The notes under the pieces are model-generated. The model made no database searches, had not been told where the DNA came from, and saw nothing but the letters and a program-made list of their open reading frames with translations. DNA of 63,208 nt, the filler included, from Reclinomonas americana ATCC 50394 (lineage: Eukaryota), in assembly GCA_048213135.1 (NCBI GenBank). It is 5 parts of 3 records of this genome, joined end to end, with 100 filler letters (N's around TTAATTAATTAA, not from the genome) between each part and the next. Parts side by side here need not be neighbours in the genome. Positions count along the whole stretch, not along the records: positions 12,660 to 32,695 come from PS015128.1; 4 more parts are not named here. The stretch is one strand, 5' to 3'. This document shows, in pieces, positions 12,665-23,777 of the stretch. The position numbers and the translations under genes were made by a program. Position 1 is the stretch's first letter. Every line of letters starts with the position of its first letter.

Positions 12665-13104
12665 AGGATCAGAACAAGATCATCATCACACTACTGAAGG
12701 CCAAGAGCATGGAGTGGTGGAAGGCGGTGTGTGTCGGTGATCCGGAGATCAACACCAAGAAGATCGAGCCGGAGAATTCCAAGCTCGGCGATCTGGACCC
12801 GGAGACGCGCTCCACTGTGGAGAAGATGATGGTGGGTGCTTGGAGAGGAGTGAGAGGGAGTGTGAGTGTGCACAGTCGCTCATTGTTGTGTGCTTGCGTG
12901 CAGTTCGACCAGCGGCAGCGTGAGATGGGTCTGCCCACCAGCGACGAGTTGCAGAAGCAGGAGATGCTGAAGAAGTTCATGAAGTCGGTTCGTGCAACTC
13001 TCCGTCTCTCTCTCTCTCTCTCTCTCCCTTTTCAACAGCCTGCTCACCTGTGTGGTGTCGTGCAGCATCCCGAGATGGACTTTTCGCAAGCCAAGTTCAC
13101 GTAA
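12665..13104 (+). CDS. NUDC: NudC C-terminal exons (on an inverted contig)
   Basis: [96 protein letters not shown] is the diagnostic NudC C-terminus. Confidence 0.95.
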
Positions 13105-13275
13105 ACGCAAAGAGAGTCACTCATTGTGCATGTGTGGCTACGCGCGGTTACTCGCAGAGAGTGAAGATGCGGATGTTTGATGGCACCATTTTACTTGCGC
13201 CTCCTCTCTTTTCTTTTTTTGGTGTGTGAATACAGGTGGGAGATTGCGGCCGACTCCTCTTCCTCCCACCACAAT

Positions 13276-14231
13276 CTAGTCTTCATCAGCCTCGAACGCA
13301 TCGTCCTCTTCATCGTCGTGGCGGTGGGCGGCGGCACCGTCGACATTGTCGGGTGCAGGAGCGGGAATAACCACGCTCCGCAGGGCGCGTACAGGTGGAT
13401 CCTCCAGGGCCGGAGTGGACTCCATCATGTGCCACGTTTCTTCGGCCTGTGTGCGCGCACGAGTCAAGCGTGTGTGCTCGACGGTGTATTGCGGATATAC
13501 AAGCTACGAGCTTACCATGTCCACAATGGCGGCTCCAGGAGTCGGCAGTCGGCGACGAGCCGGACTGCCGAAACTCATGCTCGACATTGAGTGTGTGCTG
13601 TCGTCGCCCCAGTCGCTGGATCCTCGTGCTGGCGACAGCCGTCTGTGCGAGTGGTGATCCTGTGTGATGAGGAAAGGTGAGCTCGTGGACTCGGGGAGAC
13701 AAGGGCAAAGGGAGAGTGAGTGCAACACACCTTCATCGTCTTGGTTCCGTGTGCCGTCGCCTCGTCGGGAGTCGAACGCAGGTCGATGCTGATCGACTCA
13801 TGAGTAAGACGAGAGCGGGCGGTGAGGAAGCAGAAGCACTTGATTGGCTGCGTACCTGTCGTCAAAGTTGTACCGCAGGAAGCAGGCCTCGCACACCTCA
13901 ATGTAGCGATTGACGGCCGGCGGTTGTGCCACCAACGCGAGGTACTCTTCGCGTGTCATTTCTGGCGCAAGCGATCGGAGAATCGTCGGCACTTCGTCGC
14001 TCTCCTCGCCAGCTGGCGACGCACTTCGATGCGGTGCACCGCCGCTACCACCGGCACCGCCACCAGCGCTGCTCTCGCTATGTGAGGTGCCGGGACGCTG
14101 TACCGCCGAGGCGGGTGATGCGGCAGAAGGCCGACGAGGCGGCGATTGCTGTTGCGACTGCGTGAGACGTCACTCGACCCACCCCTCGCTTCCCCGAGCA
14201 CCTCAAACCTTTGGCGATCGACGAACAGTGG
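13276..14231 (-). CDS. Hypothetical protein, 3' exons only
   Basis: Coding-like exons (PTILRSLAPEMTREEYLALVAQPPAVNRYIEVCEACFLRYNFDD; ...DDEEDDAFEADED*) flanked by GT-AG signals; truncated by a gap. Confidence 0.45.
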
Positions 14232-15224
14232 NNNNNNNNNNNNNNNNNNNNNNNNNNNNNNNNNNNNNNNNNNNNNNNNNNNNNNNNNNNNNNNNNNNNN
14301 NNNNNNNNNNNNNNNNNNNNNNNNNNNNNNNNNNNNNNNNNNNNNNNNNNNNNNNNNNNNNNNNNNNNNNNNNNNNNNNNNNNNNNNNNNNNNNNNNNNN
14401 NNNNNNNNNNNNNNNNNNNNNNNNNNNNNNNNNNNNNNNNNNNNNNNNNNNNNNNNNNNNNNNNNNNNNNNNNNNNNNNNNNNNNNNNNNNNNNNNNNNN
14501 NNNNNNNNNNNNNNNNNNNNNNNNNNNNNNNNNNNNNNNNNNNNNNNNNNNNNNNNNNNNNNNNNNNNNNNNNNNNNNNNNNNNNNNNNNNNNNNNNNNN
14601 NNNNNNNNNNNNNNNNNNNNNNNNNNNNNNNNNNNNNNNNNNNNNNNNNNNNNNNNNNNNNNNNNNNNNNNNNNNNNNNNNNNNNNNNNNNNNNNNNNNN
14701 NNNNNNNNNNNNNNNNNNNNNNNNNNNNNNNNNNNNNNNNNNNNNNNNNNNNNNNNNNNNNNNNNNNNNNNNNNNNNNNNNNNNNNNNNNNNNNNNNNNN
14801 NNNNNNNNNNNNNNNNNNNNNNNNNNNNNNNNNNNNNNNNNNNNNNNNNNNNNNNNNNNNNNNNNNNNNNNNNNNNNNNNNNNNNNNNNNNNNNNNNNNN
14901 NNNNNNNNNNNNNNNNNNNNNNNNNNNNNNNNNNNNNNNNNNNNNNNNNNNNNNNNNNNNNNNNNNNNNNNNNNNNNNNNNNNNNNNNNNNNNNNNNNNN
15001 NNNNNNNNNNNNNNNNNNNNNNNNNNNNNNNNNNNNNNNNNNNNNNNNNNNNNNNNNNNNNNNNNNNNNNNNNNNNNNNNNNNNNNNNNNNNNNNNNNNN
15101 NNNNNNNNNNNNNNNNNNNNNNNNNNNNNNNNNNNNNNNNNNNNNNNNNNNNNNNNNNTGTGCACCAGCATGAGTACGACGATCTACATACGCATTGGTG
15201 GCGGCAGATCAGACAACTGCTCAC

Positions 15225-15779
15225 CGACGGACCACAAGCAATCGTCCGGCAACACGGCACGTGTCAACTCAGCCTGCACAAACACACACTTGTCAACAAA
15301 ACATGACACGCGCTCTCCCTCCCTCTTCTCACTCAACATCGACTATTGGCGGGCGTCCCTTCAGTCCCGCACGCAGTCTCTTGCTCTCAATGTCGACCGT
15401 CACATCACGACCACGCGTTCCCTGAGGCACAGCAATCTCCACCACCACATCCGACAATGTCTGCGTCCACACATAGTGATCCGTGTGCCCGCCATTGTTC
15501 ACCGGAACTGTGTGTGCGCGAGTGAGAGCAATGACGCAACATGTTCGCACGCGCACACAAGAGACACGCTCTCTTCTGCACACACGTATGTGCGTGCGCG
15601 TGTATGTTCATGTGCGACACGTGTCTTGTGTGCGTGCAGTGTGTGCTGACGCAACTCTGCTTTCCGGCCTCCTCCTCGTCCTCGGCCTCCTCGGTCTTCT
15701 TGGTGGCTGGCACCGTGGGGATGCGGTCCTCCTCCTCCTCCTCGTCAGTCACTTCCTCAACACGCGGACGGCTGGCCAT
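15225..15779 (-). CDS. NUDC: NudC N-terminal exons (CS/p23 domain)
   Basis: MASRPRVEEVTDEE...PVNNGGHTDHYVWTQTLSDVVVEIAVPQGTRGRDVTVDIESKRLRAGLKGRPPIVD|AELTRAVLPDDCLWSV. Confidence 0.92.
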
Positions 15780-15821
15780 GACACGCTTTCTGACAACAAA
15801 AAGTCTAAAAGTGATTGTCGA

Positions 15822-15829
15822 TGACGTCA
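15822..15829. promoter_or_regulatory. TGACGTCA palindrome in an 81-bp divergent promoter
   Basis: Lies between the NudC ATG (15779, -) and the putative LRR gene ATG (15861, +). The same motif precedes RPS14 and the ankyrin gene. Confidence 0.5.
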
Positions 15830-15860
15830 CCACGGGTATTGTCACCTACCGTCGCCTCAC

Positions 15861-18800
15861 ATGGATGTGCAGCTGCCACCACGACCCAAACGCAGCAGAA
15901 AGGCGTGCACATGATCGCTCTTCTTCTTCTCACACACTCGCACTCTCTGTCTCACACTCGTGCACAATGACAGCTCTCCGATGTGCTTCGCCAAGTGCCG
16001 CAGTTGCCGAAAGACGGTCGTCTGCTCCTCAATGTCAAGGAGCTGGGCTCACTTGACGACATTTCAGCGGTATGTGTCTGTGTCTGTGTGTGTGACTCTC
16101 TCTCCCCCGTCTGTCTGCGTTCATCGATGATCATGCATTTCGATCATATCAGTTCCCGCGCGAGTTTCGCGCCGTGCGATGGCTCGGCATGTCGCAGAAT
16201 TTGCTGACATCGCTGCAGGGCATCGAGCAGGTGCACTGGTCACCCTTTGCTGTGCGTGTCTGTCTGTTTGTGTGGTTCTCATCGCTCGTCGCAGTTTTCG
16301 CGCGTCGAGTCGCTGAGCTTGTCGTTCAATCAGTTGTCTGACTGGGCGGAGCTCGATCGCATCCCGACGCGCGCCACCCTCAAGCGCATGTCGTTGGAGG
16401 GCAATCCGTTGTCGTCGCACCCCGATTGTTGCGTCTGGTGCGCCGATTGTGTCACAGGTCGATCACACACGCTCAAACATCCTGCACAGATCGCTACATT
16501 GTCATTGGCATCTTCCCGCAGCTGGTGGAGCTCGACGGCAAGCCCGTGTCGGCGGTGGAGCGAGCGGCGCTCGGTATGTCTCGCTCATTTTTGCACGCTG
16601 CGTGTGTGTGCGGCGCTCCGTTTGCCCATCCGCGTACTGTTGAACAGAGGACGGAGTGGCGTTGCAGCGCGAGTTCTTGGGCTGGTGGCGCGAGCGATCG
16701 AATGGTACGCGTGTGGCGTGCATGGCTAACAACGAGTGGTGCATCAGCTCACTCTGTTCCGCTTCTCTTCTCGCATGGCAGAGCTCATCTTTCTCAGTCA
16801 GTACTTTGTCAAGACGGTGGTGTGTCTGGAGCTACTCGATCGCTTCAACCCGTTCAAGATTGCCGGTGACATTAGCGCCTACTTGCCACCGCCGCTGGAG
16901 ATGAACGATGCACACATTGCGGTAGGAGTTGTGCTTGTTCTCGTTTCATGCTTTGCTGCCTCTCACCTGGCGTCAACAGCACGGAAAACTGGCGGCAGCC
17001 ATTACTCCTGGGCAGGTTCTCGAGTTTGTGCGCACGCACGGCGGAGTGCATGCGCGCAGCTTGGGAGGTGTCATCACTTCGCGTGATGTACTGCATGCCA
17101 TGGAGCACGAATCGTTCCCGTCGCTGACGCCTGCCGAGTCACTGCAAGAGTTTGAGGTCGGCGAAAACTCGATGGACGAGCGTGGTTTGACAGCTGACCC
17201 CTCTCTCTGCACATACACAGGGTAAGATTCGCACTCTGCGCGCGTACCCAGAGAACGGAATGGCCATGTCGGTTGCCTTTCGCGGTCGTCCTACCGTGCA
17301 GTGGCCACTGCCGTTGATGGAGTCGGCGGCGGGTGTGCACAGTCGACCGAGTGCCGACGAGGTGACGCCGATTCTGCACATCGGCGATCGGCGGTTCATG
17401 CATGCTACACTTGCCGCTGCTCGGAATCTGCATGCGCGACTCATCCATGCGCGAGGCCTGGTGGAGGAGCATCACCGGCGACACGAAGAGAAAGTGGTCT
17501 GTATGTTTTCATTTGGATGAGTGGTGTGCGTAGTCCACTCACTCTCTTAGTACAGCAAGCTGATCTGCGTCGGCAAACCGTGCACCAGCTTCCCTTTCAG
17601 TGTGGCGTCTGCAAGGCTGTCACTGATCGGCACACAGAAGGCATGTATGTGTGTCATAGGGGGAGGGAGACAGCGTTTTTAACTCTTGATTCGCAGTCGT
17701 TCTTGGTCAACAACTGGGTACCGACGACTCGCAGCACGTGTTCAATGTCAGTCGAGAGGACGAGGCGTACGCAGTGCCGACTCACGTGACTTGCGTGTGC
17801 GACTGTGTGGAGATACGGTATGCTCCTTCACAGTCCTCTGTTTATTTCCACCCAACCTCATCGCGCGCACGCGCAGGAACTATCGTCACACACTGGAGCA
17901 GTATGAGCAAAAGATGGAACTGTGCGAGTTGTTGATGAGAGCCAAGGGTTCGTGCATCATCCGCGAGGCTCCAGTGGCGCCGTCGGTTTGTTGACACTCG
18001 CCTGCGCAGGCATCCGACATGAGACCATCGCCGCGGAGAAGCGATCCGTTGCCGAAGTGCTCACTCAGCAGTTGCAAGAGCAGCAACTGCATTGCGTCGA
18101 GTTGGAGCGCACATGTGCAGACCTGGAGGCAGAAATCAGTCGACTGCGCGCACAAGTGCAACAGCTGCAGGATGTTGATGTGCGTTGGATGCGGGGAAGA
18201 AGGGGCGGTGATTTTCGCCTTGTCCTCACCGCGCGCACATCTCGTAGTCGTTGAAAGAGACGGCGCACAAACGTGCACTGGCACAGAGTGCAGCTGTGAT
18301 TGAAGACGCCAAGGCGCAGCTGCGGCAAGTGGCGCGTGACAGTGTCGCGAGTTGCGTGTGCACCTCTTCGCTGTGCTCTCTCTTGCGTCTCCGCTCACAT
18401 TCTTCATGATGTGTGTGCAGAGCGATTGGACAGCCCTCCACGACGCTCTCCGCCAGCCGACAGCGTCCGAGAGGCCTCCAAGCGTCCACTGTCGCAAGCG
18501 AGTGCGGCTCCGCGTGCTGCCTGGGAGTCGCCACCGCGAACTCCACCTCGCAGTCGGCTGCTGGGCGGCGAGCAGTCGTCCACGTTTATGCTGTCACCAT
18601 CCGAGTACGACGGTTGCGTCTCCAGTCGCCTATTTCACTCTGTGTGGTTTCCGTTGCTGAACAGCAATGCAGGAAGTGGCATTGGAGGCTACCGACCTCC
18701 GCCAGCGTCGTCCGGTGGCGCTGTGGGATCGCGGCTCCTCGAGCAGGAGCTTTTGGGCGAGACATCGTCGAGTCCGGTGGCCAAACTGGATTTGATGATG

Positions 18801-20030
18801 AGCGACCTGAAGCAGAGAAGGCGTGCCGCGCTGCTGGCCATTGATCCACATCCAGCCACTCAGCGCGTGCGCGAGGCCAAGGCCGACCGCTTGCGCAGTC
18901 GACAGTTGCAGCAGAGATTTCTTCGCTTCTGGCGTGCGCAATTGTACAAGTCTGGCGGGCGCTGGCGCAAGGCAGTGGTGCGCTCCACCGTCGTCGTGAC
19001 CGCATCGTGCAGTGGGAGCGAAACTTAACCTCCTCTTCTCTCTCTCCATCACCCACAGCAACACGAGCGAGGGAGGCGACTGCGCAAGACCTTCAAGATG
19101 TGGCTCGATGCTTGCCGACTGCGACGATTATTGTCGGTGCTGAAGCGGTCAGTGGGGGTCCGCGAGAAAGGGTGTTTTGTGGGGGAAAGAAGGAGAAGCT
19201 CACTCAACTTGCAGCGTGCATCGGCTGAAACTGCTTCGACGTTCGTTTGCTCGCTGGCGGGGACACACCTCGTTCTCCATGTCGTCGACTGTGTCAGCTC
19301 GTTCTCTCCCGTCGTCAAGGTTGCGTTTGTGTTTCTTTTCATGTCCACCCTCTGCCGTTCATGTGAATGACCGCGTGGCGTTCAGGGTCGAGTCGTTGAT
19401 ATCGCATTCACCACCCGTGCGGCAACCGAGGCCAGACGATCGTCTGCTGGCCAGCTCTCCCTCCAGTTGCGCACTCGCACTCTCTCCTCTGCGCACTCGT
19501 GATTCGTTGCACTGATGTTTGAATGATTGAAGCAGGTGGGCGAGCAAGGCGATCACGGTCGGTGCAGTCGACCGCCAGCGACATGTGGGCATCGGCTCCG
19601 CGACACACCAGTCCACAGTCGCACACGCGCTCAACCAGACCGACAGGCGGCAGGCATTTGGTTCTGCAACCTGGCGACAAGCCCGACAATCTGCTGCTGG
19701 CCGCCGAGGATGCCGCTCATCGCTACACGCCTCGTTGCGTGTACTCAGTAGACTGCGGAGACGCAACGAGGTGTGCGCGCCTAACCGTTCATGAAATATA
19801 CAGAAACCACGGCCACGCAGCGCACGCAGACTCCGGAGCGCAGCAGGCAGGTGCTGTACCAGGTGCCGTACGATCAGACACGTTTGGCGATCCCGGATAT
19901 GCAGCCGTTGCGCCTTGAGGAGTCAGCACGCCGTTCACTGCGACCACCGTCGTCGAGGTTAAGCAAGGGCAGCAGCAGCGGTGGCGGTGGTACCAGCGGA
20001 GGAGGAAGCAAGGTGATGCACAAGACTTGA
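15861..20030 (+). CDS. SDS22/U2A'-type LRR + LRRcap protein with coiled coil and Sfi1-like Trp/Arg repeats (centrosomal/ciliary-like)
   Basis: FSRVESLSLSFNQLSDWAELDRI...LKRMSLEGNPLSSHPD|YRYIVIGIFPQLVELDGKPVSAVERAA (LRRcap). Coiled coil LTQQLQEQQLHCVELERTCADLEAEISRLRAQVQQLQ. Later segments RFLRFWRAQL, KTFKMWLDAC and RRSFARWRGH. Many exons. Confidence 0.7.
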
Positions 20031-20177
20031 TCTCTCGTGACGTCCATCCGTCCACCAGCTGAATTATTCGCGCGTGTGTGTGTACGCACCTGCAGAGTCT
20101 GGGCGATTTCGTTCGACGACCAACACCACCGAGATGACAATCATAATGGACACCACACTAATCAGCGAAAGAGAAAT

Positions 20178-21618
20178 CTATGCGGCCCGTCTACTGATGC
20201 GCAAAAGCGCTGGATAACATCGCTCAGTGTCGTACGCCGCCGCTGTCTCATCTCCCGCCTCCTTGCGCTCCAGCAACTGTCGATGCAGCGCAACGAGATC
20301 CTCATCAAAGTCGTGCTCCACCTCCACCGCGAACGCAGCTCCCGCACCCGTCGGCGTCGTGAATTCCAGCAGCCGTTCCAGGAAGAGCTCTCGTGTGCCA
20401 TCGCGACTCGGCGCAAACATCCATGCCTCCCCGCTCACCGACAGCAGTGCGTCCAGCGTCTTCAACAAGTCCGCATGGTAGTCGCGGAAGAACAGGCTGC
20501 GTGGGAGAGATCCTAGTCAGCTGCTGTGTGCGCTGATTTGCAGAGACACGCAAATCGCACCAGTCGGCACACAAAATCAGGTCAAACGCATGGAGGTGCT
20601 CCGGTGGTGGCTCGTCTTGCCACGGCAGTGTCGCGCAGGTGCACTGTGCCGCGAAATGTTGGTACAGCGACGGCAAAGAGCGCGTGTGCAAAAAACGCAA
20701 CTTCGGTGCTTCCAAACTGGTGCGCATTGGCGGCGAGGTTGAGCTGCATGGCTGCAAGACCATGGTGAGGAGAGAAGAAAGAGAAAAAAAGAGCGCAGAG
20801 CAGCAGTCGCAACTCTCCAACACTCGCGGGTTGCCGTCGGTCAAGTGCACCGAACGCGCGTCAGAGACAACTGCACTTACAACACCGGCCAAAGCCACGC
20901 CAGCGCCCAACTCGCACACACGTTTGTCGCTGTCCATGTGTGCGGCGTGAGGGCTTGTGGTTGAGAAGGAGGAGGCACGGGGCATAGAGGCAAACCTCAG
21001 CAGATCTGCGTGCTTTTCAATGTAAAACGCCATTACTTCCTCCGATGGCCACAGGCCTGCAATCGCGTGGCATGGGAGTGGGTTGGCAATGCAAGCGATA
21101 AGAGGGGAAAGCGACACTGACCAACGTTGCCGGTGTTGTCCACGCCGGAAGCAGACGACACGACGAAATCGGAGACGGTCACCGACTTGCGCTCACTTGT
21201 GTGTGGCAACGCGAGTGAGCGACGACCAGCGACAGTGGACACAAACAACGCGAGAGACGACCGAGACTGAACTGCAGAACAATGTGTGCGCCACACTGCA
21301 GCGACACGCACGATGCGTGAAAGCGCGCTGGTTCCAGAGACTCGGCTGACAATGGGGCACAGATGGTGAGGGACACAATGAGGGTGCTCTCTCTCTCTCT
21401 CTCTCTCTCCCTGTCACACTCACTCACCAGGCTCGACTGGATACAACTGGTACGAGCGGAAACGATCTGCATTTTGCGAGTGAGGATGGATGTGTGTGTG
21501 TGGGAGAGGAAAAGCGATGATGGTTCACACCTTCGCTGGCGGCATCGCGGGTGTTGGTCTTGCGTCCACGCGTCACAAACGAGCGCAGTCGTGCCCATCG
21601 CTGCTTTGCATCGCTCAT
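20178..21618 (-). CDS. CAMKMT: Calmodulin-lysine N-methyltransferase (METTL21/family 16)
   Basis: MSDAKQRWARLR...VDNTGNV|GLWPSEEVMAFY...RVCELGAGVALAG...VHLTDGN...FDLILCAD|.LFFRDYHADLLKTLDALL...FAPSRDGT. Confidence 0.9.
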
Positions 21619-21685
21619 CCCGCGCGGGAACGACAGACAACTTCAAAGGACGCTTCTTTCCTCGACGTCAGTCTGGCTTTCCTCA

Positions 21686-22353
21686 TGGCGATGTGTGCCT
21701 CAGCAGCTTGACATCATCATCAACACCAACAAGAAAGAATGCGATTACATTATCAACGGCGAGATTCGTCGTCGCTCCTGTGCGCCGACGCTGCTGCACC
21801 TGCCAATGTCAACTAATGAGTTCAAGCCAGGCTGATACTATGCAGAGGGGCACGCAACTTGCAGTGGCGGACGGTAACCTGCGCTGCTCAACAGTGGTCG
21901 ATGGACGGGGGACGGCGCTGTGGACTGCACACACAGCAAGACGTAAAGATCACAAAGAAACCGACGCAGACGCTTGCCCGCCACGCAACACTCGGGCATC
22001 AGCTCGATGTTGGTCTCACTCAGTGGCTCCAACGGCGGAGGTGGCTCAAACTCGTCCAGTTCTCTGTGTGCACGCAGTGCGCGTGTCAGCGAGCGAATAG
22101 TTATCGTCGAATGCAGTGTGCCGCAACCGTGAATGTGCCGCGCTGCCGGTGTTTCGGTGCTTGGGACTGCTGGTCGGAGTCGAGTGCGCGCTGTTGCTGC
22201 GTGACCGCTGTGCATCTGTGGGAATCGAGTGTCGGTCGCAAGAGAGGCTGCCACACGCACGCGCACATAGACAGAAAACGCACAGGGAAGCGATGCGGCC
22301 GCTTGTGCCACCTCGCTGTCCACCGACGCCACTCCTACACCGACATTGTGTAA
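21686..22353 (+). CDS. Possible small multi-exon hypothetical gene
   Basis: Coding-like segments (LDIIINTNKKECDYIINGEIRRR; QDVKITKKPTQTLARHATLGHQLDVGLTQWLQRRRWLKL) bounded by splice-like sites; no recognised homology. Confidence 0.3.
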
Positions 22354-22357
22354 GCGA

Positions 22358-23330
22358 TCAACGCGAAATGAAAACACAACGGAGTGAGCGGCACGAACCC
22401 AGCGCCAAGCTCGACCGACGACCACTTGGCGGACCCTCACGCGACGATGGATGCAGGTCGCGGGCGGCTCGCGAGAACGGCACCGCGTTGCGCTTGTTGC
22501 GCTCCGTGTCACCCGCCAGCTTCGACTTGTACGGCATGGTCTCCACCCGAGCCCTGCGTGTGTTTTTCATGAGACGCTTCTCACACCTTCGTTCGTGCGC
22601 ATGCACACACGAACCCAATCAGCTCGCCCAATATCCACAACAGCAAGAAGCCGACCACCAGACCGAGCCACCACGAGCCGCTGGTGGGGAATCCACGCAT
22701 GGCGAAACACATGACGATCAAGTGCAGAATCACCAGCGTGAACGCGTAATCAAAGGTCTGCGCGCGAGCGAGTGAGTGAACAAGGAAGGAAGACACGAGC
22801 ATCCACCATGTGCAATGCACACCGTATTCGATCGCTGCTGCACCACGGAGAACGGCAACGACATGAACACCAGCGCCAGCACCAAGCACGCCGTGTTGAT
22901 TCGCCCCCGAAACGTGGCAAACGAGAACTCGGGCGAGTAAAACACCTGCGTCACAAAGTACAGCTCCTGGAACACGGCATCGATGGCCACCACCAGCGCA
23001 AAGTACAGCGCATAGAAGAACGCCTAATGCGCCGATAGATTCAGCATGCAATCACACTTGCTGCTCAAGATCGCATTCCTCACCTGGAAGAGCACAATGC
23101 GCAGAATGGTCTTGCCCACATCCAACTCGAGAATCTCATCCGACTTGCGCCGCGTCTCCGCAATGCCAATCACCAACAGCATGAGACCGATCAGACCTGT
23201 GCCAGTGTGCGCATGAGCATTGAATGTGATGCTCGGGGGGAGACACATACACACACCAAAGCACACGGGAAACATCCACGGTGCGTCATCATTGAGCGCA
23301 TCCAGTGTCGTCACCGACATTGATTGAAAA
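22358..23330 (-). CDS. SYS1/TMEM244-family multipass membrane protein
   Basis: KTILRIVLFQ|AFFYALYFALVVAIDAVF...FDYAFTLVILHLIVMCFAMRGFPTSGSWWLGLVVGFLLLWILGELIG matches the DY/F..T...H...FP....WW...GE pattern. Start uncertain. Confidence 0.7.
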
Positions 23331-23777
23331 GCAGTCGTAGGACACACACAGCGTCGTTCGTCTCTCATGGGTGAGAGCACACGCGTCGCCACTCACTGCT
23401 GTCTGTCTCTCATGTGCTCTCTCTCTCTCTCTCTCTCTCTCGCACACATACGCAGGTAACCTGTGCAGTCGACTGTGCGGATCGCGATCGTCGTCTGCAT
23501 CGGCGCCCAGTCGACGACGATCGTTTCTGGGAGTGGCCGGTGATGGCGGCGAGGGACGCGAGTTGAGTCCTGTGCAGCGACGTCGACGCGGAGGCAGTGG
23601 CAGTGCTGCGGGCGATGATGATGATGACGAGTCGTCAAGTGCGTCTGTTTGACTGGTGTGATTTGTGCGTTGTTGTTGACTGTGTTGTTTGTGCAGGTGA
23701 CCGGGGTGCGACTGTGTTGTGCAGTGTGTGCGTGTGTGTGTATATATGAGTGTGTTCTCATGTGTGCATGCGCAGTG

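Noticed and set aside
13910-15649. Long ORFs crossing N gaps (also around 34.3-36.9 kb and 37.8-39.2 kb)
   Set aside because: Their length comes from untranslatable Ns and microsatellites.
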